44,146 bases of DNA from contig LVLI01000810.1 in assembly GCA_001687465.1 (NCBI GenBank), positions 1 to 44,146 on the forward strand. Reading direction: 5' to 3'. How positions within the stretch are numbered: the first letter of the stretch is position 1; every line of letters begins with the position of its first letter. The notes under the pieces were generated by a model that had not been told where the DNA came from, did no database searches, and was given only the letters and a program-made list of their open reading frames with translations. The DNA is from Halocafeteria seosinensis (lineage: Eukaryota). The position numbers and the translations under genes are program-made. Shown in pieces: positions 1 to 11,535 of this stretch.

Positions 1-200
1 ACATTGTGGGCGCAGGCATGGCTCCTCCCCCGATGCCTCCTGAGCTTAACCAGTGCTGTGTTCCCTCACGGCGCATGTCAGCAAGGCTGCAGGAACAGCG
101 GGCCCGTCGCTGCTTAACACGGGCGCATACCGCTCCTCGTTAAGAGGATCCGGTCAACTTCCCGGCCGGTGGGCTATCTGTCAAATTTGTGTGTGTGTGA
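1..200 (+). mobile_element. 3' end of a (TG)n-tailed non-LTR retroposon (LINE/SINE-like), running off the left edge of the window
   Basis: The sequence ending ...cccggccggtgggctatctgtcaaatttgtgtgtgtgtg recurs in reverse complement at 6324-6403, 7818-7845 and 38458-38619, and in the same orientation at 38583-38616. All copies share the TG-tail end and differ in the extent of the other end. Confidence 0.7.
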
Positions 201-681
201 GCAAATCATCCTTTGAGGCGGGTAAGTGTTGTTTTGCCGAATCTTCTGGGTGGCGAAGATGCAACAATACTGATGGTGCTTCGAAACCATCCTCCAGCAA
301 GCGATAAACGCTACGTTCTTATCGATAAACATCTCTTTGTTGACCAGTCTATCATACTGACTGTGATACTGTCTATCTTTGGAGGAGACATCGTAGCCTG
401 ATTCATAGTTCAACTTCAACCTTGAACTTGCCCAGAGAGAGAGAGAGGGAGCGCTTTTCTTTGCCTAAATACCCTTGTTTCTGGGGATTCTACAGCTTGG
501 TTTTATGTAGCGGGTGGTCTGAACTTCCAGCTCGTCCCTGAGCGCTGAGTTGCTATAGCGTGCAAACCCTTTTTTGTACGCAAATCATCCAACTGCACCG
601 CCCCAGTGGAGGGTTCCTTTCTCTCCTCCATTGACCCATACAGAGCCCATTTACCATTGCCAGTTCAGGAAAGTACGGAGG

Positions 682-3600
682 ATGGCTAATTCTAGCTCAT
701 TCTCATCTTCTTCCCTCGAGGAAGCAGACGTCGTGATGAATGGCACTGGCCAAGAGTCGGCGGCCAGTGCCTCCGTTCCTGGAACAAGTGCACGGGATGG
801 CCGAAATGTGGCATGTAATGGAGACGATACGGCTCAGTCCGGACAGGATACTGTGGCGGAAGTATCTCCAGCGCCGTTTGAAGGGCGGTTTCGGAGAGTA
901 AGTCCTTGTTGTATTGGGTGGTCTCGCCGTTGAACTAGACTGCGTTGGCACTATATGAATTCTCTGCCACAGTTTAATGAGGTTATCGGGAGAGGAGCTC
1001 AGAAAGTGATGTACGTAGCGTGCTCTTTCGTAGCTTGTCGAGCTATTCGTATCGAGCATATCCCCCGCGTTATCTGAAAACACAGATACAAGGCCCAGGA
1101 CACAGAGAGCGGTGCAATGGTGGCTTGGAACGCTATTTCTTTGACCGACCTGACCGATGAGGAGCAGCTGCGAGCGGTCGAGGAAGCACAGCTCTTAAGC
1201 AGATTACAGCATCCACGTCTAATCAATTGCCATGCTTCCTGGAGGTCGAAAGATCAGATTGTGCTCATTACTCAGTTGGTTCAGGCCGGTTCTTTGAAGA
1301 AGTACGTATAGAAGCATTCTGGTTGTTTGTTTCCCTCTGCCACCGATCACATCTCTTACATTTTTCAGATACGTGCAAACCCATGAAGTCTCAATGAAGC
1401 AGCTACGTAAAATAGCCAGACAGATTCTGGAAGGACTTCAGCATCTCCACAAGCAAAATCCTCCGATTGTGCACCGGGATATAAAGTGCGAAAATATACT
1501 GTATAGCGCCGATACTGGAGAGTTAGTCATTGGAGATCTAGGTCTCTCCACCCAATTAACAACGCGAGGACACAATAGAGGAAGTTTTACCGGTACACCT
1601 CATTTTATGGCTCCCGAGTTATACGATGAAGAGTATGATGAAACGGTTGACGTGTACTCCTTCGGCCTAACTCTACTGGAGATGTGCACACGCGGAGAGA
1701 TTCCGTATGCGGAATGTACCAACCACGCGCAAATCTATAGGAAATTAGTTCAGGTATGAGAATGTATCGAGTGCCCACCCAGCTGTACTACTTGCAGCAA
1801 TGTCCTTGTTTTTGCAGAATGTGCTGCCAGAAGCGTTGGACCAAGTTAGGGAAGAATCCTTTTGTGGATATATTCGATATTGCATATTGAAGCGAGATGA
1901 CGGTACTCGTCCTTCAGCGTCAGACGCTTTGGCTCATCCGTTTATCCAACAGGAGGAAATAGAGAACGATGATTGCACGGAGCTCGTGACAAGGAACCGA
2001 CTCCGATCATCCGATGACACTCTGGAAAAACTGCCATCCCATATCTCTTTCGATTCCAGTCATGTTAGTGGTCTTCACCGTCGTAGTGCGTCGCAAACGC
2101 ACGAAAGAGAAGGCGGCGAAACTACCGAGTCCGACGATGATGACACATGGTCCCAACAAGATGAAGACGTGGAAAATGGTTTTGGGCTGGCGTCATCTGT
2201 CCGGAAGTCTTCTCGTCCCGGGACTAGGAGAAGGAGAGCATCTAGAGAGGAGGATTATTCGAGGCAGACTCGCATGGCCAAACTATATCAAGGGGTTCCA
2301 GGATCGATATCTGCACCCTTGCAGCCAGTTCAGAACTCGTCAGATCCTGCGGACGAGTTCCTACTTCCGGCTTCTAGTGACAGCATACTCTCTCCGAAGC
2401 GTCCCGAAAGGCAGGGAAAGGGACGCGGCAGTTCTGTTTGTCGCAGTTTTTCCAGCATTCATGAGGTTCGGACCAATATCAGTATGAACGCTTTACCGCA
2501 ATCTGACACTAGGGACGCTGATTCTGCTATGGTCGAGGAAGGATCCCCCACCATTTCCCCAAGAGGAAGTCATTGGGAACTTAAGACCGCAGCAGAGACT
2601 GCCGGAATGGCTGCCGCGTTTATGGACAGCGCTAGAATGCGCAACCCCGCAGTTGTGCGGCTTTGCCTCCTTATTGAATACCAACCCGAAGATGAAGTGG
2701 GGACAAAACGTGCTAAAGTCAACTTTGATTATGATACGTGTTGCCCTCCCGAGGAAACTGCCGAAGAAATTGTCAATCGACTAATTGAAGCTCAAAACGT
2801 GATTATTGACGCTTCGGCCAAGGACATGTTTGCTGCGTTCCTCAATACGTTTAGGTTTGGCCCTTCTGTGACCATTCATTCATCTGGGGTGCCCAAATGG
2901 AGGTGGCGTTCCATCACATTTGGACCACGGGAGTGTATAACCAAAGCCATCGAGTGCCGCAACAATCGAAGTTATGCAAGTGAAGCTGATTTTAATGCGG
3001 ATATTGCATTTAACACTGCTGCATACGCGGCGACCGTCGCTACGCAGGCATTGATGGATCGTGTTCCGAGACGCCGAAGGCCCGCTCATTCTCTGGCTTC
3101 AGTGGACCATGGGGATGAAGGAACGGATAATGCTTCCGCTCCGACTGACATGTACTCTAGGAAGGAAAATGAAAGTGTCGAGATGCAAAGTGCGGGGACA
3201 AATGCCTCCGAAGACTCGTCTGACGCAGAAGATGAGGTTGATAGCGCGGATGAATCCCATGTACCTGCACCAAGTGGAGATGCGTCGTCGCATTCTCCGC
3301 CTCTTCCAATCGATGCCGCGGAAAGTGAGAGTGATGCTGAAGAGACTACAGACGAGGTTTCACAGAGCTCGACACATGGAGGTAAATCGACTGCACTTCA
3401 GGACTCGCCCCAGAGTCATTCGCGACGTAAGATAGACACAAGCCAAAATAAATCCTTAATTGGAACTTTGAATTTTTCAAGCGGAACTGAAACCAATGGG
3501 CGGGTATATCACTCTCATCAAGAGGCAAATGGCTCCGGTGATGCAGCTACTGCCCAAACTCGAAACACACTCAATCTTCATTCGAAACAACACTCTGGTA

Positions 3601-4733
3601 ACTTTAATGTGCCCAAACTGGATAGGAGCGCGTGTCATGCGGAAACTGTTAGCTCCGGTATGCCGGAGGCTGTAGTTGAGGAAACATCATATGCCAGAGA
3701 CACCGAGGTTTATGCTGCTACAGTCGGAACTACTTCTGAACCTTCTTCGAATGCTCTCAACATCGCTGCAGGCGTGCCCAAAAAGCCTCCCGCACGACCT
3801 GGCCCCGATCCAGGGGCAAGTACATCTAACGTTTCAACTTCCACCCCGAATGTCGCTGACAGTGCTACAACGGCAGGTAGACCGGTCACTTCGCAAGCTG
3901 TTTCAATGACAAACGGCGGTGTTCGGCAAAATGGTGCTAGCTATTCAACACATGAATCGAGCGGTAATGGTGCTTCAGGACTGAGCCCCTCTGGCGGTCG
4001 TCGCACCACTGTTTCAACGGGTGCTGGCATTTCGAAGGGTCACAACGCAACCGAATCTGGATCATCACCCCGAGACGACTATAAGCGCCGAAAGATGCAA
4101 CAGCTGGCATCGGAGAGTGAAAACCACTCGGAACCAGGAGGACATAACTCGGGACGTGCAAGAACAGGTTCGAGCGGTGCACTTAGTATGTCGATTAATG
4201 AAGATCCAAAGCAGTGCTCCCTCTCCAACACTGAAACAGCTTTTTCGTGGACGCCTGATGAGCTCAGCCTTATTGGGGAAGGGAACATTGCAGGACCGAC
4301 GTTGAAACCCGCCCAACCGGTGAAACAATCGCTGAACAAGGTCCCAAGTCAGTCAAACCTTGCAGCTGCTAATAACCAACGAACGAGTCCTTCGTTTTTA
4401 CCCCGGCCTTCGGGGGAGCCCAGCGGCTCGTTGTCTCCTCGATCTCAACTGGGTGTACGAGCGCATAGCGAAGGTTACCAGGCTTCAGGGCAGGGTCCGG
4501 GTCTGGCGGGGCTTGGATATACCTCTTCTCCTGTTGTCCGCCCTGCTTTTCGGTTCGCCAGTGACAATACTAGAGTAAACACAGGAGTGATGGTTTCCGC
4601 CCCACCGGGTACAGGCTCAATGGAGACTCTAAGACCTACAACATTACAGTCGGTGGATGGCATGCATTTAACAGCTGCTTCTGAGGGACCTAACCCGAGC
4701 TATTTTTCCCAAGTTTCGGGCGCTAAAAAGTGA
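682..4733 (+). CDS. WNK: WNK-family Ser/Thr kinase with long low-complexity C-terminus (5 exons, approx. 682-897, 973-1010, 1086-1302, 1369-1753, 1818-4733)
   Basis: The spliced product reads GRFRRFNEVIGRGAQKVIYKAQDTESGAMVAWN (Lys in the Gly-loop and VAWN, typical of WNK), HKQNPPIVHRDIKCENI, IGDLGL, GTPHFMAPELY and VDVYSFG. A CCT-like segment (VNFDYDT..PEETAEEIV) follows. GT-AG introns keep frame. Confidence 0.9.
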
Positions 4734-5892
4734 GTCTTTGCACATCGCTGATTAGCTATCATCCTGTAATATGTAAAAGCTTTTGGCAGAAGGTGCGGTG
4801 AAGACTATTGTCATTAAGAATGGGAAATCTCACTTCGGTAAAGGATCCGTGGAAATACCTGCAGTCGTGCTTTTTAGTTTGTGCCACGAGTGACAAAGAG
4901 AAACGGATGCAACAAACGCCTCAGTGCTTCTGCAAATAATGAAGCAACTACGCCAGTATGATTGTGGAAAGCACTGCATCCCACGGACCCAATAGTAGCT
5001 GATCCACTCCGTTTTTGTCCGCGGTTTCGAATACGCAGTATATCTTGTGTCTGTGTATTGGCCGTTGACTAGACGGGGGTTCCTTATTGCAGTCATGGAA
5101 ATCACAGAAAGTTGCACAGGTTAATCAACGACATGCTCATGCTGGTCTGTGTCCTTGAGTATATACACTTGTGGAGAGTGGATGACCTCTGTTTTCTCCA
5201 GAGGGTAGTAGGACCTGTGGAGGGTCTTCATGCGTGTGATCCTCCGACAGATTGCTTCCTCTTGAGCATTTGAGTCTTTCTCGACACCGCCTCCAGGTTT
5301 GAAAGCGCATCCTCGGAGCAATCGAGCAAGCGCAAGGGAAGAAGAACATGTGCACATTTTGCCATCAAACAGGACACAACAGACGATGTTGCCCTACTTC
5401 GGAGCGGTAGCGAATGGACGCAACCTCTCCGGCGCCCGATTCAACAACATCACTAGTCGAGGAAACCGCCGCTCCGATACATGTCGACACGCATAGAATA
5501 GCTCGGATGACGTAGCGACCCATGAATACACGTGTATGTACCTACATGTATCTCTTAAGTCCTCGAACCGTCCGCTTCGTGAATTTAGTCGATGATTACG
5601 GTAATTTTACGCAGCTCAAGTTTCGAAGTTTGTGGAAACGGCATTTATGACAGGGGAGGTTTGAAGTTCCAAACTTGAAACTTGTCTGATTACGGTATTA
5701 GTAAGGCGGACAGCTGGATGTTTTGATTACGGGTAATTACAACATTTCCTGATGTGGAACTGTTTTGACTCCTGTGACTCGCTAATCAAAATGGGATATG
5801 AAAGATGGCATTTGATCAATTACAAAACAGTAATTTTCTTGAATTTTAGCATATAATCTATACGTGAGTGGCGTGTAACCGCTCTTACCAGC

Positions 5893-6290
5893 GTGCTTTC
5901 GGAATGCCCTGCCGATAGCCAATTGAAACCACAACGTGACCACTTATTGATACGTGCGTCCACCCTCCAGTGTCCACAGGGATGTGACCTATGGTCAGCT
6001 AGGATGACAATCTGTAAAGCTTGTTGCTGCAGTCCGGGTTCGAGTATTTTCGTCGTGCTTCCGCTTGGTACTTCGATATCGGATCTTCACTTCGTCTACG
6101 CCTAGGACGAAGCGTTACCCCGCATCGAATCCCCGACGTCTGCCATCTCTGCTCAGGGCACACCAATGGCTCAATCAATCACGTCTTTACGTGTTCTCAT
6201 GGGGAACTCGCCGGACGCCGGTTCGACAGACATGACGCGATCATAGACTCCATGGCATGATCGCTCACGTACTGGGCAAAGACGGAGTGG
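5893..6290 (+). mobile_element. Degraded C-terminal fragment of an RLE-type (CRE/R2-like) non-LTR retrotransposon ORF
   Basis: ORF 6021-6260 has LRLRLG, then a CCHC knuckle (CHLC-x7-H-x3-C), then RHDA. This is the order of motifs preceding the restriction-like endonuclease. It is bounded by stops and no RT domain is nearby. Confidence 0.6.
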
Positions 6291-6323
6291 TGAATGTGTA
6301 CTAGTATTGGTCCTACCGGAGGA

Positions 6324-6403
6324 CACACAGTGTCACACACATATGTGACAGATAGCCCACCGTCCGGGGAGTTGACCGCATCCTCTTAACGAGGAGCGGT
6401 ATG
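6324..6403 (-). mobile_element. 5'-truncated copy of the (TG)n-tailed retroposon with 8-bp TSD
   Basis: Near-identical to the reverse complement of about 125-200. Flanked by CCGGAGGA at 6316-6323 and 6404-6411. Confidence 0.8.
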
Positions 6404-6513
6404 CCGGAGGAAATCCACAATTGTAGTCCACACATTGCGCTGTGTCATAGACGCAGCAAGATCCATCAGGAGCGCTGTTCCTGGAGATTGTAATATGGGC
6501 AGCCTTCAGGTTT

Positions 6514-7422
6514 CTAGACGTGACTCAGATTTTCTGGTCTACCGGTGCGTACACTTCGTCTGGCCCATTGCAGTTGCAGGTGGGCATATCGTAAGATCAC
6601 AATGCCTGATCCACCGCTCCCGCCATTGCCACATTTACATGAGTCGATGAGTCCCAAGTCTTTAACCCATGCTTGCGATGTCCCACCACCCCCTCCTCCT
6701 GTGTTGGGAACACCATTTTCATTCGCGTTTCCTCCACCACCATCTCCCCCGTGTCCCAAACAAAGGGCGAAACCCGCGCCACCGCCTCCACCTGCGAATA
6801 GCATTCCTGAGCTTTCTCCAAAAGCCCTAGTCGTCCGGTGTTGACCCTTCCCTCCCGGAAAATGTGGCACAAAGTCAGTCCCATCTGACCCATTGGTACC
6901 TCCTGTGGCATTCTTTGACTCCCCTCCGGAGCCAGTTCCACCAACCCCAGCTGCACCTCCAGAGCCACCGTTACCGCCATGGTATGAGGAGGTCCACACG
7001 TGGGGAGGTGCCTCTCCTCCATTTGCTCTGTATTGATCACTGAGAAATCTTGAGTACCCTCCGTCTTCGACTCCACTTCCACAGGACCCGTTGCCCCCAG
7101 CTCCTACTATGATAGGGATCATTTCCAAATCGATGACCGGGACACGGAGAAAAGTCGACGTGTATCCTCCACCAGCGCCTGCGCGGGATCCTGAGCCTCC
7201 TCCTCCACCTACTAAGAACACGTCCACTTCAGTGACGCCTGGTGGAACTTTCCACTCATTGTATCCCACTTTTGTAAAGTTGGTGTACTCGATCAGACCA
7301 GTTGTAGCTCTTTGGGTCAACGATACGACTGGAGACAGTAGACTGTTTGTCAGCATCATTGAAACGCATACCCAGTGAAATGCATACCCAGTAAACGAGT
7401 GTGATAGAGCTCCCATATTCAT
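6514..7422 (-). CDS. Intronless, probably secreted glycine-rich domain protein (Gly_rich_2-like)
   Basis: 302-aa ORF with a hydrophobic N-terminus followed by WKVPPGVTEVDVFLVGGGGG, IIVGAGGNG, FAGGGGGAG, NTGGGGGG and GGSGGSGIVILRY, the typical start and end motifs of this glycine-rich domain. Confidence 0.75.
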   Translation of the reverse strand: MNMGALSHSFTGYAFHWVCVSMMLTNSLLSPVVSLTQRATTGLIEYTNFTKVGYNEWKVPPGVTEVDVFLVGGGGGSGSRAGAGGGYTSTFLRVPVIDLEMIPIIVGAGGNGSCGSGVEDGGYSRFLSDQYRANGGEAPPHVWTSSYHGGNGGSGGAAGVGGTGSGGESKNATGGTNGSDGTDFVPHFPGGKGQHRTTRAFGESSGMLFAGGGGGAGFALCLGHGGDGGGGNANENGVPNTGGGGGGTSQAWVKDLGLIDSCKCGNGGSGGSGIVILRYAHLQLQWARRSVRTGRPENLSHV

Positions 7423-7817
7423 TTATTCTTTCTTTCTTTTTTTTTTGGAGGGGGGCGAGCATGTGTGCTCATATCCTAGCAGCAGGGATCCGGTTAGAGC
7501 GAGTGAATGCACCAATACCGAAGAAAAAGTTTTTTCCTCACGTGTAGACCTCGTCACGGGAACTTCCGGAAACTTCACAATGGAATGTAGGAATTGCCGT
7601 TGCAGAATCTACAGAAAGTTTAAAGATGAAGCTTTACAGAGACTGGCAAACGTGTATTCGATGTATGGCGATAGGGAAGATGGACGAGAATCAGGGCAGC
7701 TGGATATGCCTAAGTAGTGAGTCCAACACGTAAAAGTTAGCACTTGTTTGCACAGCGGGATTCGCTACAGTTGTACCACAATTGTATAATTTACGTACAG
7801 TGGGATCAGCCTATGTT

Positions 7818-7845
7818 CACACACACAAATGTGACAGATAGCCCA
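7818..7845 (-). mobile_element. Very short (about 28 bp) 3'-terminal copy of the (TG)n-tailed retroposon
   Basis: cacacacacaaatgtgacagatagccca matches the family 3' end. A possible 4-bp TSD TGTT lies at 7814-7817 and 7847-7850. Confidence 0.65.
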
Positions 7846-8204
7846 TTGTTGCCCAGTATCTGAAGAAACCAAATACGAAAGTAAAAATTTCTTTCCCTTT
7901 ACTGGAATATATATTATTACCAGTACCGTAGTGTGTATGGCGTGGTATTCACCATAACAACATATCACATTTGTCTTGTATACATAGATGTATGATGCGA
8001 GCCGAGGATGGAGAGGCGGTACTGATAGCAATTGTTTTTGGTACATTGTACTGTATCACAAAAGTTATCGACAGTGTCATTTGTTGGCTTCAAGACTGGG
8101 CAGTAGAGCGATAGGAACTTGGTTCGAACCGCGTTCCATAGTAGAGTTACAGGATCTAAATCAGTTACCAGAACGCTACAGAATTTATCTTCCGCGGAAT
8201 AACT

Positions 8205-9628
<1,424 letters not shown>

Positions 9629-9664
9629 CTACAAAACATGCATGCATCGTGTATAATACATCCC

Positions 9665-9682
9665 AAGTTGAAGTTGAAGTTG
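9665..9682. promoter_or_regulatory. (AAGTTG)x3 tandem motif in the DIM1/RPF2 divergent promoter
   Basis: Perfect triple hexamer roughly midway in the 286-bp gap between divergent ATGs. Similar AAGTTG/CAACTT pairs lie upstream of WNK (407-430) and the RING gene (13550-13561). Confidence 0.35.
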
Positions 9683-9830
9683 TGAGTGACACCTAATTGC
9701 GTTCATTGACCTCGATTCATTGATTGATGGCCCTCTATACAGTGCAGATGTATCGGGTGAATGGTCATTGTAAAAAATATCATATAAAACAGTACTTGAA
9801 TGCGCTACTTGAAGGAGAGGCAGAAAGAAG

Positions 9831-11326
9831 ATGGGAAAAGGCAACAGAAGACCGCAGACGCCTACGCGGCAGCAGCGTGCTCTCAAGCAAAAGGAGCCTA
9901 AAGTCATTGAGGACCCTAAACGAGCCCTCTTTTTCAGAGGCCACACCACAGGGGAGGAGGTGGTCACCTTCATGAAAGATATCGTACGTGGTTGGCGCTT
10001 CTCTGGGCTAGTTTCGGTCATTTTAGGCCGGCGGACGGAATTCATGGAATTGGATGCATTTTATACTGTTTGTGTCTTGTATGTATGCAGTATCATTTGA
10101 AGAAACCCAACGCCAAATTGTTTTCCAAGAAAAATAACATCCTGCCGTTTGAAAATGAATCGTCGGTTGAATTCCTTTGCAATAAAAACGACTGTGGACT
10201 CTTCATGACGTGCTCACATACAAAGAAGAGGCCGTTCAATGTCATAATGGTAAGTAAGAATGCTTCCGGTATGAAGCATTCAGGGAATCACGTTTCGAAA
10301 GTTGTGGTTCTTCAGGGGCGTCTCTTTAATGAACATATACTGGACATGGTGGAATTTGGATTAAAGGCCTACAGCCCTTTAGATGAATTTACAGTAAGTA
10401 ACTAACTTGCTTCCAACGCATGTTTTCTGCGAAGAGCGCAAGTATCAGTCACATCTCTGAGGAAGAAATTGTCTAAGTATCGCGTGACGCGGCAGCTTCC
10501 ACGGATTTGTGTGAGAAGTTGCTGCAATGGAGTGAAACACACCATGTATTCATACTGTCAGAGGAGATAGAGACTGAGAAAAAAGGGATTCGCATGCTTT
10601 TTGCTTTTTGGTAGAAACATTTTTGCGTATTGGAGATATGGTTTGCACACTTAAGAATCACCCTATTTTATTCTGTTTTTGTATGGCGTTTCAGGGATTA
10701 AAAGCCGCTATAGGGGCCAAACCACTCTTTCTGTTTAATGGGGAGTCCTGGGATACGGATTTAAATTTGTCAAATTTTAAGAACTTTATACTAGGTGGGT
10801 GCAGATTGACCGTACGCTACACGCTTGTAGAGACCAACTAGCGGTGTTTCATTGGTGGGCAGATTTCTTCCGGGGTAGACAAATTGATTCAGTTTCTTTG
10901 CCGGCCATTGACCATGTTATCTCTGTTACACACTCCGAAGATTCTACGATTCACTTCCGGATATATAACATTCATTTCAAGAATAGCGGCACAAAAATAC
11001 CGAAAGTTGAGTTGTCCGCAATGGGGCCGTTTGCGGACTTGCAACTCCGAAGAACTCATTGGGCCTCCAGTGACATGGCGAAAGCGGCGAGAAAAGTGCC
11101 GAAACAACTCAGGCCCGCGAAGCAAAAGAATGTCTCGCATGATGTATTCGGCGAAAAGATTGGAAAGATTCATATGGAGCGACAAAATTTTGATAAGCTG
11201 CAAACTCGGAAAATGAAAGGGTTAAAGCGACGACGTGAGGAAGGTGTTGAGGACAATGAGTCTGGCGGCGACGAAAGTGATATAGGTGAAGTAGCACAAA
11301 GTTCAGGTGGTGAAAATAGTGAATAG
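9831..11326 (+). CDS. RPF2: Ribosome production factor 2 (Brix domain), 5 exons (approx. 9831-9983, 10091-10248, 10316-10393, 10695-10793, 10863-11326)
   Basis: EPKVIEDPKRALF, KKNNILPFE, SHTKKRPFNVIMGRLFNEHILDMVEFG, KPLFLFNGE, DFFRG, PKVELSAMGPFADLQLRR, KNVSHDVFGEKIGKIHMERQ, LQTRKMKGLK. Confidence 0.95.
10453..10577 (+). ncRNA. Candidate intronic box C/D snoRNA, SNORD41/snR51-like guide
   Basis: Lies in the unusually long (about 300 nt) RPF2 intron. It has a box C-like TGAGGA (10458-10463), a 13-nt guide TGTATTCATACTG (10545-10557) antisense to the conserved LSU rRNA segment CAGUAYGAAUACA, a box D-like CAGA (10559-10562), a second CTGA (10574-10577), and terminal stems ATCTC/GAGAT and TCAGTC/GACTGA. 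Confidence 0.6.
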
Positions 11327-11535
11327 ACGATAGCATCGTAGCGGTAAATTCAGCTAGCTGTAACTCTCTTTGTTTATCAGGAGAAACGCACTATATCCAC
11401 GCACTATATCTCACATTATTCGCGCCTAGAACGTATTATACTCCAACAAAGCCACCACGCCGCCATCCTTCTATGGCGAGACACAAACTGGCAGAATCGA
11501 CGTCAAACGTCCATTGAATATTCGTATTGTTACTC

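Noticed and set aside
57..120. Twister- or HDV-like ribozyme in the repeat (minus strand GUGUUAA...GAGGGAACAC; plus strand CUCCUCG)
   Set aside because: The spacing after UAA and the P4 loop do not fit the twister consensus, and the HDV P3 pairing is absent. A covariance-model search would be needed.
434..447. (AG)n tract upstream of WNK, and (TTCA)n at about 27001-27017
   Set aside because: Ordinary short simple repeats with no flanking duplication or other structure.
2014..4663. Numerous alternative-frame and antisense ORFs over WNK (likewise over WASHC2, ferlin and the GT genes)
   Set aside because: Shadow ORFs of long coding exons with no recognisable motifs.
4830..5496. Short ORFs between WNK and the RLE remnant
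   Set aside because: No recognisable domain or consistent splice structure; a gene cannot be supported.
6324..7845. Composite transposon or LTR-like unit carrying the glycine-rich gene
   Set aside because: The left copy has its own 8-bp TSD and the two copies differ in length, so they are independent insertions.
10455..10505. U3 (GAGGAAGA box C') or U14 (GCAGxTTCCACGG domain A) snoRNA
   Set aside because: The other required elements (U3 boxes A, B and C; U14 domain B) are missing, and the LSU guide match is the stronger explanation.
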